Origin: Bacteroidia bacterium
GTDB lineage: Bacteria > Bacteroidota > Bacteroidia > Flavobacteriales > Flavobacteriaceae
Direction: 5' to 3'
Length of the DNA stretch: 64,000 nucleotides
Assembly: GCA_030430535.1 (NCBI GenBank)
Contig: JAUIKY010000011.1
Coordinates: forward strand, 13,920-77,919
Shown here: one piece after another, positions 48,378-57,617 of the stretch
Numbering within the stretch: position 1 is the stretch's first letter
How the letters are laid out: each line of letters starts with the position of its first letter
Translations under genes and position numbers: made by a program
The notes under the pieces: model-generated
What the model saw: the letters and a program-made list of their open reading frames with translations, nothing else
What the model was told of the DNA's origin: nothing
Databases searched by the model: none

Positions 48378-49766
48378 ATGAAAAATATTCCGTCTTATAT
48401 AAAAGAACACAAAGACCGATTTCTAAACGAACTTATCGAGCTACTTAAAATCCCATCGATAAGTGCCGATTCAAACTACAAAAACGATGTTTTAAAAACA
48501 GCCGAAGCCATTAAGCTAAGCTTGGAAAAAGCGGGCTGCGATACGGTTGAAATATGCTCCACCGGAGGCTATCCTATTGTATATGGCGACAAAATAATTG
48601 ACAAAAAACTGCCTACGGTTCTGGTTTACGGACATTACGATGTACAGCCGCCCGACCCATTACATTTATGGAACTCCCCGCCTTTTGAACCCGTAATAAA
48701 AAACACTGACAAACACCCAGAAGGCGCTATTTTTGCACGCGGTGCTTGCGACGACAAAGGCCAAATGTACATGCATGTTAAAGCCTTTGAGATTATGGTG
48801 AAAACCAACCAACTGCCCTGCAACGTAAAATTTATGATCGAAGGTGAAGAAGAGGTGGGCAGTGCCAATCTAGGGGATTTTGTAAAAAGCAATCGTGAGA
48901 AATTAAAAAACGACGTAATCCTTATTTCCGACACGGGAATGATTTCCAACGACACGCCTTCAATAACTACAGGTCTACGCGGCTTAAGTTACGTAGAGGT
49001 TGAAGTTACCGGTCCTAACAGAGATTTACACTCCGGTTTGTACGGTGGCGCCGTGGCCAACCCCATTAACATTTTAACCAAAATGATTGCCGCATTGCAC
49101 GACGAAAACAATCACATTACCATTCCCGGGTTTTACGACGAAGTTGAAGAGCTTTCATTGGAGGAGCGTGCCGAAATGGCTAAAGCACCTTTCAGTTTAG
49201 AGAACTACAAAAAAGCTTTAGATATCGATGCAGTTTATGGCGAATACGGATTCACCACCAATGAGCGGAATTCCATTCGTCCAACGCTCGACGTTAATGG
49301 TATTTGGGGTGGCTACATTGGTGAAGGGGCAAAAACCGTCATCCCCAGCAAAGCCTATGCAAAAATATCGATGCGCCTAGTGCCTAACCAAGACTGGCAG
49401 GAAATCACAAAACTATTCACCGCCTATTTTGAAAGCATTGCTCCAAAAGGCGTTAAGGTTAAAGTAACGCCACACCATGGTGGACAAGGTTACGTTACCC
49501 CCATTAACAGTATGGGGTACCAAGCCGCAAGCAAAGCCTACGAGCAAACCTTTGGCAAAAAACCCATACCGCAGCGCAGTGGTGGCAGTATTCCTATTGT
49601 GTCGTTATTTGAACAGGAACTGGAAAGTAAAATTATACTTATGGGCTTCGGGCTAGATAGCGATGCCATACACTCGCCCAACGAGCATTTTGGTATTTGG
49701 AACTACCTAAAAGGTATAGAAACCATACCCTATTTCTATAAGTATTTTACCGAACTATCAAAATAG
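48378..49766 (+). CDS. M20 family dipeptidase
   Basis: YGHYDVQP, ARGACDDKG, EGEEEVGS, RSGGSIP, HSPNE. Confidence 0.9.
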   Translation: MKNIPSYIKEHKDRFLNELIELLKIPSISADSNYKNDVLKTAEAIKLSLEKAGCDTVEICSTGGYPIVYGDKIIDKKLPTVLVYGHYDVQPPDPLHLWNSPPFEPVIKNTDKHPEGAIFARGACDDKGQMYMHVKAFEIMVKTNQLPCNVKFMIEGEEEVGSANLGDFVKSNREKLKNDVILISDTGMISNDTPSITTGLRGLSYVEVEVTGPNRDLHSGLYGGAVANPINILTKMIAALHDENNHITIPGFYDEVEELSLEERAEMAKAPFSLENYKKALDIDAVYGEYGFTTNERNSIRPTLDVNGIWGGYIGEGAKTVIPSKAYAKISMRLVPNQDWQEITKLFTAYFESIAPKGVKVKVTPHHGGQGYVTPINSMGYQAASKAYEQTFGKKPIPQRSGGSIPIVSLFEQELESKIILMGFGLDSDAIHSPNEHFGIWNYLKGIETIPYFYKYFTELSK

Positions 49767-49873
49767 TTTGGGCGCTCCCGGCCTTCTGCCACAGCCATCG
49801 CAAAAGGGTCGGGCTTTCACTACTCGCTCCCTCCTTCGTCGGGGAGCTTAAACAAGCCGTTCAATCCCTAGCG
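49767..49873 (+). ncRNA. Flavo-1-like structured repeat/RNA motif, second copy
   Basis: TTTGGGCG...GGGTCGGGCTTTCACT...GCCGTTCAATCCCTAGCGC. Confidence 0.6.
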
Positions 49874-49915
49874 CGAAACTCAACGTAAACCATACCTATT
49901 AAATTTATTAAACCA

Positions 49916-50776
49916 TTGAAAAACCAACACAGTAATTACCTCCTTCAGCTCGCATTAGCCACACTTTTTATTAGTGCTTCGGGTGCTTTAGGCCGGTTTA
50001 TTGATATGCCAACTCCTGTTGTGGTGTGGTGGCGCAGTATTTTAGGTGCTCTATTTTTATTGGGATTCTGTGTGTATAAAAAATTCAATTTAAGAATACA
50101 ATCCCAACAAGATGCGGTGTCCATTGGTATTAGCGCCCTTTTAATGGGCGGGCATTGGCTGTTTTATTTCTATGCCCTAAAATTATCAAACGTGGCCATT
50201 GGGATGCTTTCCCTATTCGTGTTCCCTATTTTCACAGCTTTTTTAGAACCATTTTTTATAAAAATAAAGTTCGACCCCATTTATATACTTTTAGGGGTTA
50301 TGGTTTTAGTGGGCATGTACATTATGGCTCCAGAATTCAACCTAGAAAACACCCATTTTAAAGGCATTCTGTTCGGTTTGCTTTCGGCACTGTGCTACGC
50401 CCTTCGCAATATTATTTCAAAAAAACTTACCAGCAGTTACAACCCCACGAGCATCATGTTTTATCAAACCAGTATTTTAACTGCCGTGTTTTTGCCGGCC
50501 ATGTTTTTTATGGACAGCTCAAATATTGTTACACAATATCCTTACGTTATTCTATTAGCTGTGGTTGTTACTGCTGTGGGGCACACCTTGTTAATCTACA
50601 GTTTAAAACACTTTTCGGTAAGTACGGCCAGCATTATCAATAGCATACAACCTATTTTCGGGATTATTATTGCTTTTATCTTTCTAAATGAAATCCCCAC
50701 TAAAAATACCATGCTCGGCGGGTCGCTAATTTTAGCTACGGTTTTGATTGAAAGCGTTCGGTCCAGAAAGAAGTAA
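49916..50776 (+). CDS. EamA/DMT family transporter
   Basis: About 10 hydrophobic helices in two EamA repeats; TTG start. Confidence 0.85.
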   Translation: MKNQHSNYLLQLALATLFISASGALGRFIDMPTPVVVWWRSILGALFLLGFCVYKKFNLRIQSQQDAVSIGISALLMGGHWLFYFYALKLSNVAIGMLSLFVFPIFTAFLEPFFIKIKFDPIYILLGVMVLVGMYIMAPEFNLENTHFKGILFGLLSALCYALRNIISKKLTSSYNPTSIMFYQTSILTAVFLPAMFFMDSSNIVTQYPYVILLAVVVTAVGHTLLIYSLKHFSVSTASIINSIQPIFGIIIAFIFLNEIPTKNTMLGGSLILATVLIESVRSRKK

Positions 50777-50798
50777 TTTTTAAAATCATCTTTTTTAA

Positions 50799-50862
50799 CT
50801 CTACACTTGTAGAGTTTAAATTTTATTTCTACATTTGTAGAAACAACTCTAATATTGTAGAA
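50799..50862. promoter_or_regulatory. BlaI/MecI-type operators
   Basis: CTCTACACTTGTAGAG (50799-814), TTTCTACATTTGTAGAAA (50826-43), degenerate CTCTAATATTGTAGA (50847-61); core TACA-N2-TGTA. Confidence 0.8.
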
Positions 50863-50863
50863 A

Positions 50864-51229
50864 ATGCAATTATCAAAAGCCGAAGAAGATTTGATGAATC
50901 ACCTCTGGAAACTCGAAAAAGCTTTTATGAAAGATTTGCTCGATGCTTATCCAGAACCTAAACCTGCCACAACCACCGTAGCAACACTTTTAAAACGTAT
51001 GGCCGACAAGGGCTTTATTTACTATAAACTTTATGGAAAATCGAGAGAGTACTATCCGCTTGTAAAAAAGAAGGACTATTTCTCGAAGCACGTAAACACA
51101 CTTATAAAAAACTTTTTTAACGACAGTGCATCACAGTTTGCCTCGTTTTTTACCAAAGAAACCAACCTCACTAAAAAAGAACTGGAAGATTTGAAAGCTA
51201 TCATAGACAAAGAAATCAAAAACAAATAA
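50864..51229 (+). CDS. BlaI/MecI/CopY family repressor
   Basis: LSKAEEDLMNHLW, TTVATLLKRMADKG, YYPLV. Confidence 0.92.
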   Translation: MQLSKAEEDLMNHLWKLEKAFMKDLLDAYPEPKPATTTVATLLKRMADKGFIYYKLYGKSREYYPLVKKKDYFSKHVNTLIKNFFNDSASQFASFFTKETNLTKKELEDLKAIIDKEIKNK

Positions 51230-51231
51230 TC

Positions 51232-52668
51232 ATGTTCTATTACTTACTTAAATCTAGTGTTTGTTTGGCTATTTTTATGCTGTTTTACAAACTGTGCTTA
51301 GAAAAAACCAGCGCCCACCATTTTAAACGTTTTTACTTGTTAGCCATAATTTTTCTATCTGCAATTATTCCATTTATCACGTTTACCACTTACGTGGAAG
51401 TGGCTAATGATTTAAGCTACCCTTCCACTGAAAGCCCCATACCACTTGAAGTTGAAGAGCCGAGTTTTTGGGAAACCCATTCACAAACACTCATCTGGAG
51501 TATTTACCTCTTGGGTGTGGCTATTTTTATGTTTCGATTTATAAAAAACATATCTAAAATTTTTAAAACCATAAAAACGAATCCTAAATACAAAAACAAG
51601 TCGTTTATAAATGTTCTGGTGATGGATTTACTACACCCCCATACCTTTTTTAATTACATTTTTGTTAACCGAAGTAAATTTGAAAACCACCAAATACCAA
51701 CCGAAGTTTTAATTCACGAACAAACGCATGCCAAACAAAAACATGGTTTTGATATTTTATTCATTGAACTGCTTCAAATTATATTTTGGTTTAATCCTAT
51801 TCTGTTTTTTCTAAAAAAGGACATCAAACTTAATCATGAATTTTTAGCCGATCAATCGGTAATAAATCAAGGTTACAGCACAAAATATTATCAGCAATTA
51901 TTACTGGCATACTCATCAAATGCTACCTATAATCCTTTGGCTAATGCCATTAACTATTCTTTTATCAAAAAACGCTTTACAATAATGAAAACAAAGACGT
52001 CAAAACGAATTTTATGGCTTCGAAGTATTATTATTTTACCTCTACTAGCCTCCCTAATTTATGGGTTTAGCGAAAAAGTCACAGAAAAGATTGTTGTAAA
52101 AAACAACCTCGACATAAAAACAAACCAAGATTTATTACCCAAAATTCAACTCTATAATCAACTTAATGAAAAAAAGTTAGAAGCAGAAAAAAAGCTTCAA
52201 AAATCAAATATTAAAGATTCAACTGAGTTAAAATTCATTAAACAAAGGTTGGATTTAACCCAAAAGGATATAGAAAGTTCAATTCATATGGACTATGAAT
52301 CTGCTAAAAAAAGATTGAAAGAACTTCAATCTCGCATAAAAGCCAATACTTCTGAAAAAAATCTTAAACAACCAGCAAAAAAAGAAACACTTCCAATTTT
52401 CCTAAATCAAAATAACATTCAACAAAAAGCAACACCAGAAGAAATAGCAGAATACAATAGGACAATTAATCGACTTAATTCACATCCAGAAAACAAACGC
52501 ATCATTAAACAAAAAGACTTTAACCGTTTACAATATATTCATGACAAAATGGATAGCACCCAAAAGACGAATGCTAAAAGTTTACCAAAACTACCACCTC
52601 CCCCTCCATTCTCCAAAGATGAAATAAAGTTATTAAGAAGCCGGGGTAATGACTCAATCAAAAATTAA
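51232..52668 (+). CDS. M56 family metallopeptidase (BlaR1 N-domain) with coiled-coil, Pro-rich C-terminus
   Basis: TM segments, HEQTH (HExxH), WFNP, HEFLAD, IKKRFTIM. Confidence 0.88.
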   Translation: MFYYLLKSSVCLAIFMLFYKLCLEKTSAHHFKRFYLLAIIFLSAIIPFITFTTYVEVANDLSYPSTESPIPLEVEEPSFWETHSQTLIWSIYLLGVAIFMFRFIKNISKIFKTIKTNPKYKNKSFINVLVMDLLHPHTFFNYIFVNRSKFENHQIPTEVLIHEQTHAKQKHGFDILFIELLQIIFWFNPILFFLKKDIKLNHEFLADQSVINQGYSTKYYQQLLLAYSSNATYNPLANAINYSFIKKRFTIMKTKTSKRILWLRSIIILPLLASLIYGFSEKVTEKIVVKNNLDIKTNQDLLPKIQLYNQLNEKKLEAEKKLQKSNIKDSTELKFIKQRLDLTQKDIESSIHMDYESAKKRLKELQSRIKANTSEKNLKQPAKKETLPIFLNQNNIQQKATPEEIAEYNRTINRLNSHPENKRIIKQKDFNRLQYIHDKMDSTQKTNAKSLPKLPPPPPFSKDEIKLLRSRGNDSIKN

Positions 52669-52766
52669 AATAATAACTCCAAAATGTAACAAACCAACCG
52701 CTTTAACGTTCTAATAGTCAGACTGTGCCTGGCACAGTTAAAACATCAATCAAAAAATCACTCATT

Positions 52767-53867
52767 ATGTTAAAGCCATTTTTCATCATCTGCTCGGGTG
52801 CCGATACCCATATTTTAAACGATTGTTCTGTCGGAGAACAGAATAAATACGCCGGCATTGGAGCTACCGTATTCTTTACTGCCATCATGGCATTTATTGC
52901 CGCTAGTTACGCTTTGTTCATCATTTTTGAAAACCTATACTCCGCCTTATTTTTCGGGTTGATTTGGGGGTTGCTCATATTTAATTTGGACCGCTACATT
53001 GTTTCTACCATAAAAAAAACAGGAAATCCATTAGGCGAATTTACGCAAGCTGCTCCCCGAATTATTTTGGCCGTTATTATTGCCGTGGTGATATCAAAGC
53101 CATTGGAATTGAAAATTTTTGAGAAAGAAATTAACCAAGTGCTTTTGGAACAAAAAAATGAGTTGACCTTAGCCAATAAAAGCCAAATAGCCGAACAATT
53201 TACACCAGAAATTGAAACGCTTCAAAATGAAATAAAGCATTTACAAAATCAAATAAACACAAAAGAGACCGAAGTCAATGCCCTATACACTACTTATATA
53301 TCAGAAGCCGAGGGCACGGCTGGCACAAAACTATTGGGCAAAGGTCCCGTTTACAAAGAAAAACGAGAAAAGCACGATGTCGCTTTGGCCGAACTCCAAC
53401 AACTTAAAACCGAAAATAAAGCCAAAATAGTTTCCCTCGAAAACCAAATGGCACAATTACAAAGCGATTATAATACCGAAGTCACCAACACACAGCCCAT
53501 AATCAATAATTTTGATGGTTTGATGGCGCGCGTTAATGCCTTGGGCAAATTGCCTTTATTGCCGTCATTGTTTATTTTTCTGCTGTTTTTAGCCATAGAA
53601 ACGGCGCCCATATTCGTAAAATTGCTTGCTCCACGAGGGGCTTACGACTTAAAATTGGAAGACCAAGAAGAAGCCATAAAAGCCCACGCACTTCAAAACA
53701 AAAACCAACGAGAAACATTGCTCAAAACCGATATCGCCATAAACAATAGGATTTATACCGATATTGAACAAGAAGACGAACTCTACCAATACAAACGCAA
53801 AAAAGCTAGGGAGCTTATGCAATTGCAGGCCGATGCCTTTTTCAACAAGCAAAAAAACGTGCTATAA
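52767..53867 (+). CDS. DUF4407 domain membrane/coiled-coil protein
   Basis: KYAGIGATVFFTA, FNLDRYIVS, PRIILAVIIAVVISKPLELKIF, E..GTAGT...GKGPVY. Confidence 0.75.
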   Translation: MLKPFFIICSGADTHILNDCSVGEQNKYAGIGATVFFTAIMAFIAASYALFIIFENLYSALFFGLIWGLLIFNLDRYIVSTIKKTGNPLGEFTQAAPRIILAVIIAVVISKPLELKIFEKEINQVLLEQKNELTLANKSQIAEQFTPEIETLQNEIKHLQNQINTKETEVNALYTTYISEAEGTAGTKLLGKGPVYKEKREKHDVALAELQQLKTENKAKIVSLENQMAQLQSDYNTEVTNTQPIINNFDGLMARVNALGKLPLLPSLFIFLLFLAIETAPIFVKLLAPRGAYDLKLEDQEEAIKAHALQNKNQRETLLKTDIAINNRIYTDIEQEDELYQYKRKKARELMQLQADAFFNKQKNVL

Positions 53868-53869
53868 AT

Positions 53870-54148
53870 TTATGCCGCAGTATGGGTTTGAAAATGATCG
53901 TAAAGCTCTTTGCAACCAAAACCAACGATAGAGAATCGTTTATTTTTCACTAAAGCTTCGTTGTGCAATTTGGCAATGGCTTCAACCCCAAATTTATCCA
54001 TGCTTACAATTTCCTGAACACTGATAGTAACATCTTTGGCGCGGTCAAAAATATTGTTGAATTCTTTGTGAAACAAACCAATATTGGTTTTGTTAAGGGT
54101 GCCTTTAATTTTAAAGAAGTTGTTGCAATTGGTAATTTTTAAATCCAT
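53870..54148 (-). CDS. STAS domain protein (anti-sigma antagonist-like)
   Basis: 92 aa; FKIKGTLN, VTIS...SMDKFGV pattern. Confidence 0.65.
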   Translation of the reverse strand: MDLKITNCNNFFKIKGTLNKTNIGLFHKEFNNIFDRAKDVTISVQEIVSMDKFGVEAIAKLHNEALVKNKRFSIVGFGCKELYDHFQTHTAA

Positions 54149-54365
54149 AATACACGAGTGTTAACGGTTAAACATTTTAAACTTGAGGGAGACCAATCGT
54201 TTGATTGTGTGATAAAAATAGAAAAGAGGCAAGGTATTTGCACTATTTTTTCGACAAATAGATTTTAACTTCAGACAAAAGCAAACGGCCTGCCAATTTG
54301 ATCGATGAGCGACCTGTTTTAATTAACAGATTTTGCTAATTTTGAAGTCTTTAAAATATACCTGA

Positions 54366-54797
54366 ATGAAAAAACTACTCTTATTCACCTTCTTGTTTTG
54401 TGGCTACTTTGGCGTTTCGCAGACCGATATTGAAGAAGACGTAAAGGCCATCAATAAAGTTTTAAAAAAGCAACGTATTGCGTGGTCCAACAACAATTTA
54501 GAGGAATACATGGATGCCTATTGGAAAAGCGACTCTTTGAAATTTTACAGCAACCATGGTGTGATTAATGGCTGGCACGACACGTTTGACCGTTACGAAA
54601 AAGCCTACCCTACCGAAAAGCACACCGGTAAACTCAGCTATAAAATCAATGCCGTTACACCCATTGCAAATGGCTCTTATTACGTTTTGGGCGAATACCA
54701 CATTAAACGCGATATGGGCAATGCCGATGGTATTTTTATGCTGGTGGTTAAAAATATTAATGGGGACTGGAAAATTGTTGCCCACACTACTACCTAA
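54366..54797 (+). CDS. NTF2-like / DUF4440 exported protein
   Basis: AWSNNNLEEYMDAYW, GIFMLVVKNINGDWKIV. Confidence 0.8.
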   Translation: MKKLLLFTFLFCGYFGVSQTDIEEDVKAINKVLKKQRIAWSNNNLEEYMDAYWKSDSLKFYSNHGVINGWHDTFDRYEKAYPTEKHTGKLSYKINAVTPIANGSYYVLGEYHIKRDMGNADGIFMLVVKNINGDWKIVAHTTT

Positions 54798-54833
54798 AGC
54801 AACAAACTCAATCATTAATCATTTTCCTTAACC

Positions 54834-54974
54834 ATGAAGTATAGTTACAAAGTTGCCATTATGGTTATTTTGGCAGCCATAACCATTTTTGGACTCATAA
54901 CCGGCAGATACCTTTTTCTGGTATTTATGTTCCCGTTGGGTTTGGGATGGTTCAATAAAAAAGACAAAAACTAG
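54834..54974 (+). CDS. 46-aa membrane micro-protein (absent from ORF track)
   Basis: ATG at 54834; MKYSYKVAIMVILAAITIFGLITGRYLFLVFMFPLGLGWFNKKDKN; fills the gap before phnA. Confidence 0.55.
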   Translation: MKYSYKVAIMVILAAITIFGLITGRYLFLVFMFPLGLGWFNKKDKN

Positions 54975-55549
54975 GTTTTCTTCACATATTGGGTAAGGAT
55001 TACAATTTGTTGCCCATCTACCTTACCTTCAATATAAGCAGCGTTTTCATGATCTAAACGAATATTCCTTACGGCAGTACCTTGTTTGGCCACCATACTG
55101 GAACCTTTTACTTTTAAATCCTTTACCACAACAACATTATCACCATTTTCCAAAATAGTGCCGTTTGCATCGCGATGGATTATTTTTTCACTTTCGTCCT
55201 GATCTTCGCCTGTTGCCCGTGCAAATATCAGGGCGTTATCATCTAGGTACATCATATCCAACAAATCTTTTGGCCAACCTTCGTTACGCAACCGTTGCAG
55301 CATACGCCACGCCATAATTTGCACGGCCACATGCTCACTCCACATACTGTCGTTTAGGCAACGCCAATGGTTAGGGTCCATTTCAGCATCACCATTTATT
55401 TGATCCAAACAAGTTTTACAAACCAAAACATCGTTATCTACATTTTCGCTTAACGATGGCGGAATGGTATATTGACTTAAATGTTCTGTTGAACCACATA
55501 ACTCACAACTATTGCTGCTTCTTTCTTTCAAGGTTTGTAAAATACTCAT
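54971..55549 (-). CDS. PhnA domain protein with N-terminal Zn-binding region
   Basis: CELC/CKTC; C-terminal DANG..LENGDNV..VKDLKVKGSS..KQGTAV. Confidence 0.8.
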   Translation of the reverse strand: MSILQTLKERSSNSCELCGSTEHLSQYTIPPSLSENVDNDVLVCKTCLDQINGDAEMDPNHWRCLNDSMWSEHVAVQIMAWRMLQRLRNEGWPKDLLDMMYLDDNALIFARATGEDQDESEKIIHRDANGTILENGDNVVVVKDLKVKGSSMVAKQGTAVRNIRLDHENAAYIEGKVDGQQIVILTQYVKKT

Positions 55550-55627
55550 GATTTATTATTTGATGGTGCAATAATACGCCTAATTATGGTTACTTCAATT
55601 ATTTTTAGCTCCAGGATTAATTGTAAC

Positions 55628-55658
55628 AAAAAAAAGGACACTCAATAGCGTCCTTTTT
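55628..55658 (-). terminator. Probable terminator
   Basis: AAAAAGGACAC-tcaata-GCGTCCTTTTT. Confidence 0.6.
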
Positions 55659-55674
55659 AATGCCTTCAGTTGGG

Positions 55675-56505
55675 TTATTTTGAAAGTTCATGTACTTGCT
55701 TGTACATGTAATCGCCATGTACACCCGTAAAATATTTTCTCCAAGCCTTACCATCTTTTTTTCGTTGTTCTTCATCTGGCCAAGCTTTTTTCATTAATTC
55801 ATCTGTACGGTCGTACATTTTATCCAAATCGGCCCAAGACTCAACAAAAAACGCTTCCATGTGCTCTGTTCTATCCGACCCCCAAGCATGTACATTAGGG
55901 TAATACGCCTTTATATATTCATTTTTATTGATTACTTTTTCAATATATTCTTTTCTCATTTTCATAAATTCCTCTTGTGTGCCATCATCTGGAAAGGCAA
56001 AGTGTGTTTTTCTCACATAACACAACAAATCTTTTTTAGGAGCTTCTTTCATGAGTTTAGCTCCAGGTAGCGGGGAGTAAATTTCATCGGAATGCTCATC
56101 GGAGTAATACGAAAAACGCTTATCAAAAAAAGCCTTTCTTGCGTCTTTATCGGGCCAAGCTTCTTTTGCCAATTCTGAATTCCTTTCGGCAAATTTCCCC
56201 ATATCGTCCCAAGAAGCAAAGGTTTGCACGTACACCAACTCGGTATTATCGGGCGTGAATTCGTGTAAATACGTTGAAGCCCCCATGATAAATTCATTTT
56301 TTTTGGTGACTTTTTCCAAATACTCTTTTTCAACGGACTTCCATTCGTCCATTTTAAAATCTTCATTGTCCATGTTCCAATGCAACGTGGTAATAGCGAC
56401 GTACTCTGGTCTTTTTGGCGCGTCTTCCTGAGCTGAAATAATTGAGAAATTGAACAGCAGTAGCACAGCAGCTAATGCTGAAAATAATGGGTTGGTTGCT
56501 TTCAT
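55675..56505 (-). CDS. Exported hypothetical protein with two homologous halves
   Basis: Signal peptide (ISA-Q); KEYLEKV.KKNE / KEYIEKV.NKNE and SW.D...AWPD repeated. Confidence 0.7.
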   Translation of the reverse strand: MKATNPLFSALAAVLLLFNFSIISAQEDAPKRPEYVAITTLHWNMDNEDFKMDEWKSVEKEYLEKVTKKNEFIMGASTYLHEFTPDNTELVYVQTFASWDDMGKFAERNSELAKEAWPDKDARKAFFDKRFSYYSDEHSDEIYSPLPGAKLMKEAPKKDLLCYVRKTHFAFPDDGTQEEFMKMRKEYIEKVINKNEYIKAYYPNVHAWGSDRTEHMEAFFVESWADLDKMYDRTDELMKKAWPDEEQRKKDGKAWRKYFTGVHGDYMYKQVHELSK

Positions 56506-56649
56506 AATCTATTAAATATTAAAGTTAATAATGAATTTAAATTCTACTTTAAGATTTAAGGGCTTAATTATGCTATAAAAAAATTAAGGATTGAGAGATA
56601 TTAAATATACAACAAAAACCACTTAAAATGAGAAGTTTACATGATTTTA

Positions 56650-57012
56650 TTAAACAAGAGTATCACGAACCTTTTTAGAAAGTCCTTTTACCACCATCTC
56701 GTAAGAATGGTCTATTAAACTTTTCACCAATTGTGCTGACAGTTCTCCCTCGTGCAGATAGAGGGTATTCCAATGCTTTTTGCTCATGTGGTAACCGGGG
56801 CGGATGCTATTGTATTCAGCACGAAGCGTTTCGGAGTACTCGGGATCAGCCTTTAGGTTAATGGCCGCTTCGCCCCTTTCCCACCATTTTAGCGAAGCCA
56901 AGGCGAACATTTTGCCTGCTACTTTAAACACCAGTGTATCTTCATCAAAAGGAAAATCTTCAGTAGTGCCCTTTTTACTTAAGCAATAGGCTCTTATCTG
57001 TTCAATGTTCAT
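56650..57012 (-). CDS. MmcQ/YjbR family protein
   Basis: FPFDEDTLVFKVAGKMF, NLKADP, PGYHMSKKHWN. Confidence 0.9.
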   Translation of the reverse strand: MNIEQIRAYCLSKKGTTEDFPFDEDTLVFKVAGKMFALASLKWWERGEAAINLKADPEYSETLRAEYNSIRPGYHMSKKHWNTLYLHEGELSAQLVKSLIDHSYEMVVKGLSKKVRDTLV

Positions 57013-57617
57013 GGCAACTGTTTTTGGTGGGCTTCAGGAATTTCCAACGCCGAGTAATCCAATTTCCAGCCAATGGTCTCCACAATAGTTTCAATAAGCG
57101 AAATGGTTTCCAACACCTCTTGCTGTGCCACTTCAAGCAATCCGCTTTCTGGAATTTTTTCTTTGATGTGGATTTTGGCCTCGTTTTGCAGACCTGTTAA
57201 ATCGGTCGCTTCAAATTTATTGAAATAGCCTTCCGATTTATCATAATAATTCAAGTTGGTTTCAATGGAAAGCACTTCGGGCTGTGGAAAATGCTCCAAT
57301 AAAATCTTCTTCTGTTCGGTATCGGCTTTTAATTCAATTTTAGATAAATCGTAACCCACATGCGCTTTAGCATTGATGACCACCAAAGCCTTCTTTCGGC
57401 TCGATACCAATTTTAAAAAACGCTGCTTTACATCTTCGTAATGGTAAATTTCGGCAAAGTCGCCTTCAACAGTAATAAATTTGCAAACCCGTTTTATCTT
57501 ATCTAAAAGAATGGTGGATTGCGAATGGGCCAGTTGCTTTTTTTTGATGGACTTTAAATACGTAACCACTCCCAAACACACCAATGAACCGATAATTATA
57601 CCTAAGAATATTTCCAT
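57009..57617 (-). CDS. DUF4230 domain protein
   Basis: N-terminal TM, TVEGDFAEIYHY, AHVGYDLSKI, PQPEVLS. Confidence 0.75.
   Translation of the reverse strand: MEIFLGIIIGSLVCLGVVTYLKSIKKKQLAHSQSTILLDKIKRVCKFITVEGDFAEIYHYEDVKQRFLKLVSSRKKALVVINAKAHVGYDLSKIELKADTEQKKILLEHFPQPEVLSIETNLNYYDKSEGYFNKFEATDLTGLQNEAKIHIKEKIPESGLLEVAQQEVLETISLIETIVETIGWKLDYSALEIPEAHQKQLP

Noticed and set aside
54971-55549. PhnA as a phosphonate-utilisation locus
   Set aside because: This is the small YjdM/PhnA-type domain, not phosphonoacetate hydrolase, and no phn genes are nearby.
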